This document shows, piece by piece, positions 50,181-60,481 of a stretch of DNA of 64,000 bases (the stretch's first letter is position 1; each line of letters begins with the position of its first letter). The stretch comes from Candidatus Altiarchaeales archaeon (lineage in GTDB: Archaea > Altiarchaeota > Altiarchaeia > IMC4 > SCGC-AAA252-I15): assembly GCA_014727915.1 (NCBI GenBank), contig WJMO01000005.1:128001-192000 (forward strand), read 5' to 3'. Below the pieces are notes generated by a model. It ran no database searches and was not told the DNA's origin. It saw nothing but the letters and a program-made list of their open reading frames with translations. The translations under genes were made by a program, and so were the position numbers.

Positions 50181-51053
50181 TTAAATCGATTTAAAAACGT
50201 CCTCGAGGTACATCTGCAGGTAGTCCTTCCTCCCCTCCCCGGCCGCCTTTTGCTTGTACCCGTTCCTGCGAGCTATCTTGTCTAGTGTCTTCTGGGTGCC
50301 GCTACCGTACTGGGCGGCCTTCTTCAACCGGTTGACGATGTAGTCCGGGACTCCAGTCTTCAAACCCAGCTTCTTCAACGCATACTTCCGCGCGAACTTT
50401 CTCCCGTCGATCTCATCGCATACCATGTCTTCGGCGTCCTCTCTGATCTTCAAATCCAACGCCATCTTCCTGACGTATCCGCTGAAATCCTCGTTGAGGA
50501 ATGGCATCCTCAACTCCACACCGTTTGCGCGGCACATGCTCCGGTCCCGGTCCAGGTTGTCCGAGTCGGCGCTCTCACAGTCCCTGTCCATCCACGCTAT
50601 AACGGCTTCCTTCCCCTCACTGACCATCGACTCGAGGTACCTCCAGTATCCGCCGAAGAGCTCGTCTCCACCCTGTCCGCAGAGCATCAGCTTCAGCCCG
50701 TCCTCGCTTGCAGCCCTGGAGGCAGCGTAGAATGGTATTCCCACGCCAACGTCCAACGGGTTCGGCCTGCTCCACACCCTCAATATCTCCGGTATGAGCG
50801 ATTCAACGCATTCAACGGACAGTTCGACGTATTCTATCCTGAAAGGAGCCTTCTCCTCAACTCGGCGGGCGTATTCGAGGTCCTTGGAGCCCTCCAAACC
50901 CACAGTGTATGCCGTCACATCCGAGTATTCCGAGGCGGTGTAGGCGACCAGGGCGGAGTCCACCCCAGACGAGAAGATGACTCCCGTCCTCTCCTCGCAC
51001 ACATCCCTGACCGCATCCTTGAACAGCCTCTCCAGGCCTTCCAGCCACTCCAT
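50181..51053 (-). CDS. Asparagine synthase C-terminal (synthetase) domain protein without GATase domain
   Basis: FSSGVDS PP-loop, GQGGDELFGGY, ELRMPFL, KKAAQYGSG. Confidence 0.87.
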   Translation of the reverse strand: MEWLEGLERLFKDAVRDVCEERTGVIFSSGVDSALVAYTASEYSDVTAYTVGLEGSKDLEYARRVEEKAPFRIEYVELSVECVESLIPEILRVWSRPNPLDVGVGIPFYAASRAASEDGLKLMLCGQGGDELFGGYWRYLESMVSEGKEAVIAWMDRDCESADSDNLDRDRSMCRANGVELRMPFLNEDFSGYVRKMALDLKIREDAEDMVCDEIDGRKFARKYALKKLGLKTGVPDYIVNRLKKAAQYGSGTQKTLDKIARRNGYKQKAAGEGRKDYLQMYLEDVFKSI

Positions 51054-51110
51054 ACCATACCATTATGTTTTGCTTCTTTTTTAACGGCTGGTTACCTAGT
51101 TCATGCAACT

Positions 51111-52361
51111 ATGGATTTCACCTTCCTCGGAGGAGCTCGTGAAGTCGGGAAATCGTCTGTTCTGATGCAATCCGACGGGTTGAACCTGGTCTTCGACTCG
51201 GGGATAAAGCTGACCGAGCCCCCCACATACCCCATGCCAACAGATCACGTGGACGCGGTGTTCCTCTCCCACGCTCACCTGGACCACTGCGGGAACATGC
51301 CCGCACTCCACAGCAGGCATAAGATGCCCGTCTACAGCACTGCAGTGTCATTCGAGCTGAGCCACATGCTACAGCATGACAGCATAAAGATAAACAAGCT
51401 TAAGGGCTATCCTCCCACCTACGCGGAGAAGGACATATCCCGGATGACGGCTGGCGAGATCCACGTCCAGCACGGGCGGGAGTACATCTTCCATGGGAAG
51501 GCGAAGTTCACATTCTACGATGCGGGCCACATACCCGGCAGCTCCGGGATACTGGTGGAGTCGGCTGGGAAGTCCGTGTTCTACACTGGGGACACGCACT
51601 CATCCGACACCCGGCTGCTGAACAAGGCAGTATATCCCGACCATGCGGATGTCGTCATATCCGAGTCAACCTATGGTGACAGGCTCCATCCCAGGCGCAT
51701 GGACGTTGAAAGGCAGTTCCTCGACGAGGTGGAGGAGACGTTGGAACGCGGTGGCGTCGCCCTTATACCCGTCTTTGCCATAGGCCGCACACAGGAGGTA
51801 CTCCTGCTCCTTGAGTCTCCGGATTGGACCGTCTACTTGGATGGGATGGCCCGGAAGGCCAGCCAGACTATACTCCGGTTCCCTGACATGCTGAAGAACC
51901 ACTATAAGCTCCAGGAGGCGGTGGACAACACGGTCTGGATCAAGAACCGCCGGGACAGGAAGAAGATATGCAAGGAGCCGTGCATAATCGTCACGACCGC
52001 AGGGATGCTTGAGGGCGGTCCGGTGTTGGACTATCTCTCGCACCTTCACAAGGACGCCAACAGCAACATCATGCTGACGGGCTACCAGGTGGAGGACACG
52101 AACGGCCGCCTGCTGGTGGAGAAGGGGTATGTGGTCGATGAGGAGTCGGGGCAGAGGTTCAACGTGGACATGAACATCAGCCAGTACGATTTCAGCGCCC
52201 ACAGCGACAAGGAAGAGCTGGCCAAGACCGTGAAGTCCATGGACCCCGAGGAGGTCTTCCTCATACACGGGGACGAGGACAGCGTCGAAGCGTTGAAGGG
52301 GGAGTTCGGCGAACGCAACGTTCATACCCCCGGCATAGGCGACAAAGTAAGAATAAATTGA
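51111..52361 (+). CDS. MBL/beta-CASP ribonuclease (aCPSF2-like)
   Basis: GGAREVGKS, SHAHLDHCG, AGHIPGS, YTGD, ESTYG, FAIGRTQE, FSAH, IHG. Confidence 0.92.
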   Translation: MDFTFLGGAREVGKSSVLMQSDGLNLVFDSGIKLTEPPTYPMPTDHVDAVFLSHAHLDHCGNMPALHSRHKMPVYSTAVSFELSHMLQHDSIKINKLKGYPPTYAEKDISRMTAGEIHVQHGREYIFHGKAKFTFYDAGHIPGSSGILVESAGKSVFYTGDTHSSDTRLLNKAVYPDHADVVISESTYGDRLHPRRMDVERQFLDEVEETLERGGVALIPVFAIGRTQEVLLLLESPDWTVYLDGMARKASQTILRFPDMLKNHYKLQEAVDNTVWIKNRRDRKKICKEPCIIVTTAGMLEGGPVLDYLSHLHKDANSNIMLTGYQVEDTNGRLLVEKGYVVDEESGQRFNVDMNISQYDFSAHSDKEELAKTVKSMDPEEVFLIHGDEDSVEALKGEFGERNVHTPGIGDKVRIN

Positions 52362-52406
52362 ATAATTTTATAAATAATTATTAAAAAATACCAATAATTT
52401 ATAAAT

Positions 52407-52640
52407 TCACCTTTTTTCTTTTCGCATGATGTCTCTGCCCTCTCTTTCCTGATCGCGCTGTCTGAGGCGTCTCCTCTCAGTGTCTCTCATCCTGGCTTCC
52501 CTGTACTCCATCAGCAGGTCTTCGTCGCTCAGCTGGCTGGTGTCCTGTCCCAGTATCCTCTTCCCTGTCCTTATCTGCCTTGCTAGCTCCCTCTCATGCT
52601 CCTCGTTGGATGGGGGCCTCCGCCTCTTCGCTTTTTCCAT
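52407..52640 (-). CDS. Small Arg-rich hypothetical protein
   Basis: ATG 1 nt after upstream stop; MEKAKRRRPPS..., highly charged helix. Confidence 0.55.
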   Translation of the reverse strand: MEKAKRRRPPSNEEHERELARQIRTGKRILGQDTSQLSDEDLLMEYREARMRDTERRRLRQRDQEREGRDIMRKEKR

Positions 52641-52641
52641 C

Positions 52642-53127
52642 CTAGACGACCTTGCCCCCCTGGTATTTACCCTCATACTCCACCGTCTCCCCCTCCACTT
52701 CCTCGAAGACTATCTGGGCTATCCTAGCTCCCCTCTCAACGGTGAACTCCCGGTCTGACAGGTTCTTCAATCCGAAGGTGAGCGTCCCCCGGAACCCGGG
52801 GTCCACGAGGGCGTTGAAGAGGCTGCACCCGCACCTGAAGATGGTGGAGCGGTTCAGCACCCGAGCGCAGACGTCTACGGGCATGTTTACCTTCTCCAAT
52901 GTCTCGACCAGCACGTACTCGCCGGGCTTCAACACGAACCTATCACCCTCCAACTCCCCGACCTCCGGTGTCTTCCGGCCTTCAACACCCAGGAAGCTGT
53001 CCGACTTCAGCCGGTACACCCTGCCCAGGCGGAGGTCATATCCTGATCCTCCGAGAGAAGCCTCGCTGAAACCCTCGATCAATCCCTTGCCTACGAGTTC
53101 CTCGATCCTGGACCTTCCGAGAACCAT
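52642..53127 (-). CDS. dCTP deaminase/dUTPase family protein, probably dUTPase
   Basis: YDLRLG, RSTIFRCG, VDPGFRG, RIAQIVF, YEGKYQG; lacks the deaminase Glu of GxxTLE. Confidence 0.85.
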   Translation of the reverse strand: MVLGRSRIEELVGKGLIEGFSEASLGGSGYDLRLGRVYRLKSDSFLGVEGRKTPEVGELEGDRFVLKPGEYVLVETLEKVNMPVDVCARVLNRSTIFRCGCSLFNALVDPGFRGTLTFGLKNLSDREFTVERGARIAQIVFEEVEGETVEYEGKYQGGKVV

Positions 53128-53161
53128 GACATTTTATTCTTGATTAAGTAATATATACCTG

Positions 53162-55300
53162 ATGAAACACCATCTCATAGCCATTATGCTGCTTGCATCA
53201 GTCCTCGCCTCCCATGTGTCGGCAGCCGATGAAGAGTATATGGGATTGGAATGGAATTACAGCGTCAAAGAGGTACTATCAGAGCTCTCAGTGGCTGACG
53301 TCACAGGCGACGAGAAACTGGAGGTCATAGCTTCAGGGTCCTCGGACGGGAGCGCATATGTCATCGGCTCCGACGGCGAGCTGATATGGAGGAAGGAGGT
53401 GTTCTCCTACATAAACACTGTATACCCGGTCGACATAGACGGCGACGGAAAACACGAGGTCATAGCCGGTCACTCTGACATGACCGTCTTCGACAACGAG
53501 GGAAAGGGCTGGAAATACCGGACATCGAATGCGGTACACAACATAAGGTCCGGGGACATGAACGGCAACGGGCGACAGGACATAATAGCCGTGTCATATG
53601 ACAAGAGCTCATGCAGCAAAAGCAACTTCATATACGCGGTCAACGGCCTTGGGAAGGAGGAGATATGGAAGTACAGCGTGGGCAACAGCGAGCCCTACAG
53701 CCTCGAAGTGGCCGACCTGGACGGTGACGGCTCCGACGAGGTCATAGTGGGCCTCATCTACAAGGTCAAAAGCTCCTATAAACCATGTGAGCGGTCCTAC
53801 AGCCATGAATCAGCCGTTCTTGTGCTTAACAACGAGAAGCGCCTCATATGGCAGTTCGAGACCATAGGAGCTGCCATATCGCTCGCGGCAGGTGACGTGA
53901 CCGGTGACGGCAGGAAGGAGGTCATAGTCGGCAGCTACCCGACACTGTACGTGTTGGACGCGGATGGGGGCCTGATATGGAAGAAGAGCGACGTGATAAA
54001 CACCTATGTGGAGGACGTGGCAGTGGCTGACCTCGACGGAGACAACAGGAGCGAGGTCATCGCAGCCTCGAATGAGGTCTACGTCTTCGACCAGGAAGGC
54101 GACCTCCTGTGGAAGGGCATGACCGACTCCAGGGTATACTCTGTGGCAGCGGGGGATCTGGACAACGATGGAGTCCCCGAGGTGATCGCAGGCTCCGCTT
54201 CAATATACGTATTCGACGCCAAGGGCACGCCCCTGTGGAGGAGCGATTCTCACACATCCTACGGTTTCATCGAGTCCGTGGACTTGGACGGGCAGGGCTA
54301 TGACGAGATAGTAGCCGGCTCGGTCAAGGACATATTCGTATTCAGGACCCAGGACTACGCCAAGAAGATAAGGGCTGACTCCCTGTATGAGCAGGCGATG
54401 CTGCTCGGCGGATCTAACCCGGAGCTGGCGGTGGAAAAGCTGGAGGAGGCAAAGCAGCTATACTCCCAACTGGGTCTCATCGACAGGGTGTCGGAGTGCA
54501 TAAACCAGATAACCAGGTTCTCAGACACAACCGGCAGGTTAGCGGACCTTCGCGTGGAGGCCGAGGAGGCGTTGAACATGTCCCGTGAGCTCCTCCGGAA
54601 GGGCGATTACATGAACGCGAGCAAGCAGGCTCAGACCGCAAGGTACAAGTTCTCCTCTTTGAATGACGAGTCATATGTCGATCAATGCGATATGATAATC
54701 TCGGAGACACATGACGTCATCGCCTACAATGCGAGCCAGGAGCTGATACTCGCCAACATATCATACCACGATGGAGAATACAACCTTTCACTTGCACATG
54801 CCCTGAACGCTGAGAGATACTATTCCTTCATAGGAGAGGAAGAATACGCCGAGAAGGCGGGCGTGCTAGTCTCCAACCTGAGCGAGATACTGGGCATAAA
54901 GCACGAGAACGATACCTCATACAACGGGCCTGAACTGCCCAAGCTGCCGGACCTGGCTTCTGTGTTGGAGGGCCTTAACCCCGTATATGTCATCCTGTTG
55001 CTGATAGCGGTCGTCCTGATGGCAATAGTGTTCGCTGTAGGGGTCTACGTCTGGAAGATGAAAGGCAGGCAGACCCTCAAGATGGATCACCTTCACAAGG
55101 TCAGCTACACCCAGGAAGAGGATGTCCGCATGCCTCCCGAGAACCCCCTTAGGAGGCGTCCAGCCCCTGCTAGAAGGTATACTACAACCGCCGAGGAGGA
55201 GGAGCTGAAGGTCAAGCTACCGCCCAACAAGGGCGTTTTCAAGTCTTCCGTATGCCGTGGCGGCGTATGCCTGAAGATGACACGTTTGGCGCGTAAATGA
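53162..55300 (+). CDS. Secreted, C-terminally anchored FG-GAP/VCBS beta-propeller + TPR-like helical protein
   Basis: Signal peptide; about eight D(V/I/L/M)xGDG..E(V/I)I Ca-binding repeats; helical region; TM helix then cytoplasmic tail. Confidence 0.88.
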   Translation: MKHHLIAIMLLASVLASHVSAADEEYMGLEWNYSVKEVLSELSVADVTGDEKLEVIASGSSDGSAYVIGSDGELIWRKEVFSYINTVYPVDIDGDGKHEVIAGHSDMTVFDNEGKGWKYRTSNAVHNIRSGDMNGNGRQDIIAVSYDKSSCSKSNFIYAVNGLGKEEIWKYSVGNSEPYSLEVADLDGDGSDEVIVGLIYKVKSSYKPCERSYSHESAVLVLNNEKRLIWQFETIGAAISLAAGDVTGDGRKEVIVGSYPTLYVLDADGGLIWKKSDVINTYVEDVAVADLDGDNRSEVIAASNEVYVFDQEGDLLWKGMTDSRVYSVAAGDLDNDGVPEVIAGSASIYVFDAKGTPLWRSDSHTSYGFIESVDLDGQGYDEIVAGSVKDIFVFRTQDYAKKIRADSLYEQAMLLGGSNPELAVEKLEEAKQLYSQLGLIDRVSECINQITRFSDTTGRLADLRVEAEEALNMSRELLRKGDYMNASKQAQTARYKFSSLNDESYVDQCDMIISETHDVIAYNASQELILANISYHDGEYNLSLAHALNAERYYSFIGEEEYAEKAGVLVSNLSEILGIKHENDTSYNGPELPKLPDLASVLEGLNPVYVILLLIAVVLMAIVFAVGVYVWKMKGRQTLKMDHLHKVSYTQEEDVRMPPENPLRRRPAPARRYTTTAEEEELKVKLPPNKGVFKSSVCRGGVCLKMTRLARK

Positions 55301-55339
55301 CCCCTCACGTTTTTATGCGCGTAAGCGTAATCTCTATCT

Positions 55340-55558
55340 GTGGTTGTGGCGAATTACCGTATATTGCTCCTGCTGGCTTTGCTATCCTCACTGTCGGCTG
55401 CGCAGGGAGATGACGCCTCTCTAATGGCTGGTTTGGAGGCTAACAGCGGCCTGGTGCTGATAATATCCTCAGTGGTCATAATAATACTGATGGTGCTGAT
55501 GATATTCTACTTGCACAGCATCAACGAGCACCTGAACTGGATACGACGTATAAGGTAA
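55340..55558 (+). CDS. Small membrane protein
   Basis: Signal-like N-terminus plus long TM helix; TATA-like ttttat about 28 nt upstream. Confidence 0.6.
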   Translation: MVVANYRILLLLALLSSLSAAQGDDASLMAGLEANSGLVLIISSVVIIILMVLMIFYLHSINEHLNWIRRIR

Positions 55559-55593
55559 CGCTTTTATTCACGACCTGCAAAAATACCTATGGG

Positions 55594-55926
55594 GTGTTAT
55601 GGTTGGCTGAATCCTCTAACAGAGAACGGAACGGCTTCCGAAAGCTCAGGGCAAAGGCCGGGTTCATGCATCACAGCGACTTCCTCTTAGACGGGACCGT
55701 GGATAGGTGCTGGGATGACGAGTCTACGCTCGAACGCGCTGGGAAGCGGCAGACAGTCTACGACATAATACACACTCTTAACACTCTGAAGGTGGAGAGC
55801 CTCATATCCGAGGCCGAGCAGAGGGAGATAACACGTGACGAGCTCAAGGGCATATTGGCCGAGTTGCGGGCTAAAGGCCTTGTATATTCCCCCAAGCCGG
55901 GCGAGATAGTCTGTGTGGAAGATTAG
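55594..55926 (+). CDS. Stand-alone winged-helix protein resembling the archaeal MCM C-terminal WH domain
   Basis: VYDIIHTL...LISEAEQREI..ELKGILAELRAKGLVYSPKPGEI. Confidence 0.65.
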   Translation: MLWLAESSNRERNGFRKLRAKAGFMHHSDFLLDGTVDRCWDDESTLERAGKRQTVYDIIHTLNTLKVESLISEAEQREITRDELKGILAELRAKGLVYSPKPGEIVCVED

Positions 55927-58538
55927 AGCCTCAACCTACTCCTCTCCTTGTCCTTCCTCCCCTTTTCCTTGACTTCCTCCTTTTCCTCGCCCCTCTTCAA
56001 CAGCACCGCCAGCCTCCTAACGGCCGCGTCGATGAAGTAGAGTGCCAGTGCCGCCATTGCAGCGTACATCCAGAGCTCTCGCAGGTCCCTCTCCTCCTTG
56101 GTTGATGACTCTCTGACGCTGTCCAGTATGTCCGAGGCGAGCGCGTCCACCTCGCTATCATCGTATAGTCTGCCCCCCGTGGCTGCTGCCATCCTCCGGA
56201 GGCTGTCCTCGTCAAGTCCGAGGCTGTTGTACTCTTCAGGGTAGTTCACCGCTACCGCGTCGAGGTCCTGGTCGCCCCCGGCCGAAGCTATGATCCCGTA
56301 GAAGCCCTGGCTTAATGGCGTGAAATAACCTGAGTATGCTTGGAGGCTCGTCCTGGTCATTATCACCTGCTGATCCTCGAGCGTCTTGGTGTTCTTTGCT
56401 TCCACTACTGGCATTGACTCCGACGCTACCAGCAGGTCAACCCTATCGCCCAGGTGTATGTCCTGGGAGCTGACCCTGACCTCCTTGCCCTTCTCCAGGT
56501 CTCCTATGATCCAGTTCGCGGTCCCGGACACCACCCTCCCCGAGTCCACCTTCATGAGCTCTGGGCTCCACTCGACGCCGTTGTCTGTCGTGAGAGCAGC
56601 CACCCTGCCCAGGCCGAACCTCCAGACTGTGAGTATGGGTTTCCCGCCCTTCGTGGACAGCAGCATCTGGGCCACGTTCTTCTCGTAGACCTTGTTGAAG
56701 TCCCTGACCTCCGCTCCTCCCACGTTCTTGAGCTCTAACAGGTTCCTGGTTATGAAATGGAACTCGTCGGCTGCGACCACCGGAGTCATGTCCCTGTCCT
56801 TCTCGTCCTCCGCCTCTCCGAACACGACCTTCAGCCTCTCACCCGCCTGCACCCTGAAGAACTGGCCTCCCCCGGCCCGCGCTACCTGTGTCATGAACAT
56901 CTCGTCCGTGTCGAAGCCCACTCCCGCAGTGTATGTCTTTATCCCCCTGTCCTTCATCTCCGCGACCTTGTTGACGGTCAATTGCATCCTGGAGCCGCGT
57001 ATGACCCCGTCGGAGATTATTATGAGGTACTTGTCTACTGTCACGTCCCTGAGCATGTTGTCTGCCATCTCCACTGCGAAGAGCATGTCCGTGCCGCCGC
57101 CGAACTTGAGCCTCAGTATCCTGTCCTCCACGTCTCCGAACTTGGGGCCCAGGGGACTCAGCGGCGAGACCATATAGGGCATGTTGTTGAATGCTATTAT
57201 GCCGACGGAGTCGTTGTAGTTCAGCGTCCTCATCATGGCGAGGGCGTTCGCCTTCTCAACGTCTATCTTCGAGTCCTTACCCACACCGTATTCTGTGCTC
57301 TCGGAGATGTCCATCATGAACACCACGGCCAGCTCCCTCCGCCTCTCCTGGGGCTTGTCCGTGCTCTTGACGGGGAGGATGTTCTCCACGAAGCTGTTGT
57401 TGTACGCGCCGTACTCGAAGCTGTTCTCCCCGCCTATGAAGGCGACGCCGTTCCCGTCGAGTATGTATTTCTTTATCTTGTTCACCCGGTTCCTGTCAAG
57501 GTCTTTCGAGTTTATGTTGTCGAATATGACCCCCGCGTATTTGGCGTAGTCGTTGTCGACCCTGCTGGTGACGTCCACGTCGTAAAGCTCCTCGAGTATG
57601 CTCAGCATAGGCGACGTCCTGTTCGTGGTCACCACGAGTATCTCGGGCTTCTCCACCACCTCAACGGTCTTGTAGTACATGTTGTTCTCCGGGTACGTGT
57701 CCTGCTGAGGGTCGACCTCCACCTTTATCTCGTGTATGCCGATCTCTCTCATCTTGAGGCTGAGCTGTATGTCCTTCTCCAGCTCTCCCTGCGTGAACCT
57801 CTTGTTGAACTTCCTTATGCCGTCCACGGAGACAATGAGCTCGTATGAGGTCTCCCGGAAGCCAGTGTTCCCGACCCTCACCGTCAGGTCGTAGTCGATG
57901 TTGGACGGTATCTTCTTGTCTCCCAACACGTTGTCGATGTATAGGTCATTCCCTGCCTTGGAGGGCTTCACCGTGTAGAGCGTTGAGTTGGTCTCCCCGA
58001 GGGCCCTGGCTATGTCCATCTGGTTCCTCCCCCTGTTGTTGCGGGCGTCGGTTACTAGTATTATAGAATTCGGCTCCCCCGAGTGCTTTATCATGTTCTG
58101 GTACACTGCGTCTCCCACGGCAGTGTAGTTGCCCTCGGAGAAGAACTCGATGTTGACATTGGACTGGTCTCCCGTGAGATTACCCACCGCGGATTTGACC
58201 CTCTCCAATATCAAGTATCCCAGCTCGTTTGTCCCAGGGTATAGGCGCATGCTGGGCGAGGAGTCCACTAGCACGGTCACCGGAGGGACGTCCTCAACCA
58301 CCTTACGGCTCTCATAGTATGTGGGCGAAGCCAGGGCCACCACAACCAAGACTATGATCAGGGACCTCACAGCCACGAACAGTAGCCGAGCCCTGTTGGG
58401 CTTCTTCCCCTTTAACGTGTAGACTGCGAGAATCAGGATCAGGGGTATGGCTATCAGGAGGTATTCCGGGCTGTTGAAGGTTATCCTGGACGCTATGGAC
58501 CCGAAGTCCGCGTTCGTGATGTCTGCCAGCTGGCTCAT
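55923..58538 (-). CDS. Membrane-anchored double vWA protein with Ig-like and GATase-like domains
   Basis: N-terminal TMs, MIDAS LVDSSPS and MDISES, GGTD, IISDG, WRFGLGRVA, AVNYPEEY, C-terminal TM. Confidence 0.88.
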   Translation of the reverse strand: MSQLADITNADFGSIASRITFNSPEYLLIAIPLILILAVYTLKGKKPNRARLLFVAVRSLIIVLVVVALASPTYYESRKVVEDVPPVTVLVDSSPSMRLYPGTNELGYLILERVKSAVGNLTGDQSNVNIEFFSEGNYTAVGDAVYQNMIKHSGEPNSIILVTDARNNRGRNQMDIARALGETNSTLYTVKPSKAGNDLYIDNVLGDKKIPSNIDYDLTVRVGNTGFRETSYELIVSVDGIRKFNKRFTQGELEKDIQLSLKMREIGIHEIKVEVDPQQDTYPENNMYYKTVEVVEKPEILVVTTNRTSPMLSILEELYDVDVTSRVDNDYAKYAGVIFDNINSKDLDRNRVNKIKKYILDGNGVAFIGGENSFEYGAYNNSFVENILPVKSTDKPQERRRELAVVFMMDISESTEYGVGKDSKIDVEKANALAMMRTLNYNDSVGIIAFNNMPYMVSPLSPLGPKFGDVEDRILRLKFGGGTDMLFAVEMADNMLRDVTVDKYLIIISDGVIRGSRMQLTVNKVAEMKDRGIKTYTAGVGFDTDEMFMTQVARAGGGQFFRVQAGERLKVVFGEAEDEKDRDMTPVVAADEFHFITRNLLELKNVGGAEVRDFNKVYEKNVAQMLLSTKGGKPILTVWRFGLGRVAALTTDNGVEWSPELMKVDSGRVVSGTANWIIGDLEKGKEVRVSSQDIHLGDRVDLLVASESMPVVEAKNTKTLEDQQVIMTRTSLQAYSGYFTPLSQGFYGIIASAGGDQDLDAVAVNYPEEYNSLGLDEDSLRRMAAATGGRLYDDSEVDALASDILDSVRESSTKEERDLRELWMYAAMAALALYFIDAAVRRLAVLLKRGEEKEEVKEKGRKDKERSRLRL

Positions 58539-60481
58539 AGCAGCCCCCTCCTACGGTAGAAGAACAGCTCGATGAAGAGCGCTATGAGCATCACCGCGAG
58601 CATGTGCCTGAATAGCTCCACCCTCAAGTCTACCTTCTCACTCTCCACTTTGAAGTCCCGAGACCTTATTATGTCCTCTATGTCCGCTCCGGTGGTGTTC
58701 GATTCCAGGCTGTTCAACAGGTTCACCGTGAACTGGTCTGTCTTGTCCTCGTACCTTACCCTGTACACTCCTGACTCGTCAAGGAAAACGCTCGCAGACT
58801 CCAAAAACCCCCCTCCGGGCGTTTCGACCCTCTGCTTCCCCTCCAACCTGAGGTATTCGCCGGTGTGAAGGCTCTTGTCAATGTCCGATCCCCTGGGGCG
58901 GGTTATGTACTTGAGCATCTGAGACCAGAATATTGGGAATGACGAGCTGTAGTATAGGTTGCTCCACTCCGGGTTGCTGTTCACGCCAACGAACGCAACA
59001 TACCCGTCTCCGTAGCTTTTGTAGCTCATCAGCGGGTTAGCGCCCGAACCCGCGCTAAGAAGGGTCTTGGTACTGTTGTCCGCTGCTTCTACGTTGTAGT
59101 ATCTGGTGACCACAACGTTGTCGAAGACCACATCCTCGAGCATCTCATGCTCATGGACCACCCGGATGTCGTCTTCCTTCTCTATGAGCCCGTATGATCT
59201 GACGGGCATTATGGACCACAGGTCCGGATCCCCTATCCTGTCCAGGTTCTCGCTGCCGACAACCACGAGGTTGGCTCCGTTCCCCACGTGATTCTTTATG
59301 TCCCTGAAGTCTCCAGGGAGTATCTTGTCGTGCTCGGCGTCCCCCAGGATTATCACGTCATAGTTCCTGACGTCAGGTATCACCGGCGGCACCGCGTATT
59401 CGACCTTCACGTTCTTCAGCGAGTCAAGCATTAGCCTGAGGAACTTGTCAGACCCCTTGCTGGTGAGCAGCAGCACCCGGTTGACCTTCACCGCGGGTAT
59501 GTGCGCGTAGCCGATGTCGTCCACTGAAAGGTCGTCCCCTCCTATCACCTCCAACCTTATTATCTGCTCTGCGCCCGTTAGGTTGGGGCTGAAGTAGTAG
59601 AACTCCTCTCCCCCTGCTTCTATGGTCTTCTCTTTGCTGTCCAGTATCCTATCTCCTGTCATCACCCTGACGGTCGTAGAGTAGTCGACTTCATGGTAGT
59701 TCCTGACGGAGGCCGTGAGGAACAGCTGATTATCCCTGACCACCGATCTGCGGGCGTTCAAGCTGACCAGTCCCGCGTTCGCCCCGCGCACGCCCACCTG
59801 CACGAGCTCCACCCTCACCCCCGAGATGGATGCTATCTTCTTCGCCAGCTGAACGTCTATGCCACCCCCTCCCGCGAAGTCCGAGAACGCGTATATGGCC
59901 TTCTTCTTGTCCGTAGCGGACAGCATGTCCCTTCCCAGCATTATCGCATCCCCTATGTTGGAGGGCGTGTCCGCGGCCTTCATCCTCTCCAGGGTTATCC
60001 TGGCCTCTCCTAGGTCTTTCCCGGTCGAAACGACTATGGGTATGTTCTCGGCCAATACGATGGACACGTCGTCTTCCTCGTTCAGCTCCGAGAGTATGTC
60101 CACGGCTTTGGCGACTGCCGCGTCGAACCGGTTGGGGCTCACATCCGTTGATTTCATGCTGGCGGACGCGTCCAAGACTATCACCACGGATTCCGCCTCG
60201 TTCTTCTCCACCTCGGTGTTGTAGAAGGGATTGACGAGCGTCAGCACCAGCAGGGTTATTATCAGGATCTGCATGAAGAGTATGGGGTCTCGGACGAACT
60301 TCTGCAGGAAGCTGGTGAACCTCTTGTTCTTCTCCATGAACCTTATGAACATGGTGGACGGGAACAGTACGACCTTGGGCTTCGGCTTCAGGAGGTAGAG
60401 TATTATGATGGGCACTATCAGAGCCAACCCTGAGAAGGCTATTGGGTTTGTCAGGTTGGATGCCAGGGAGAAATCAGCCAC
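58535..60481 (-). CDS. BatA N-terminal + vWA domain membrane protein
   Basis: PIIILYLLKPKP...FPST.F, VLDASASM...NRF, FSDF, C-terminal TM. Confidence 0.9.
   Translation of the reverse strand: MADFSLASNLTNPIAFSGLALIVPIIILYLLKPKPKVVLFPSTMFIRFMEKNKRFTSFLQKFVRDPILFMQILIITLLVLTLVNPFYNTEVEKNEAESVVIVLDASASMKSTDVSPNRFDAAVAKAVDILSELNEEDDVSIVLAENIPIVVSTGKDLGEARITLERMKAADTPSNIGDAIMLGRDMLSATDKKKAIYAFSDFAGGGGIDVQLAKKIASISGVRVELVQVGVRGANAGLVSLNARRSVVRDNQLFLTASVRNYHEVDYSTTVRVMTGDRILDSKEKTIEAGGEEFYYFSPNLTGAEQIIRLEVIGGDDLSVDDIGYAHIPAVKVNRVLLLTSKGSDKFLRLMLDSLKNVKVEYAVPPVIPDVRNYDVIILGDAEHDKILPGDFRDIKNHVGNGANLVVVGSENLDRIGDPDLWSIMPVRSYGLIEKEDDIRVVHEHEMLEDVVFDNVVVTRYYNVEAADNSTKTLLSAGSGANPLMSYKSYGDGYVAFVGVNSNPEWSNLYYSSSFPIFWSQMLKYITRPRGSDIDKSLHTGEYLRLEGKQRVETPGGGFLESASVFLDESGVYRVRYEDKTDQFTVNLLNSLESNTTGADIEDIIRSRDFKVESEKVDLRVELFRHMLAVMLIALFIELFFYRRRGLL

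Noticed and set aside
52361-52407. AT-rich imperfect repeat aataattt(t)ataaat
   Set aside because: Best explained as a bidirectional terminator zone between convergent genes.
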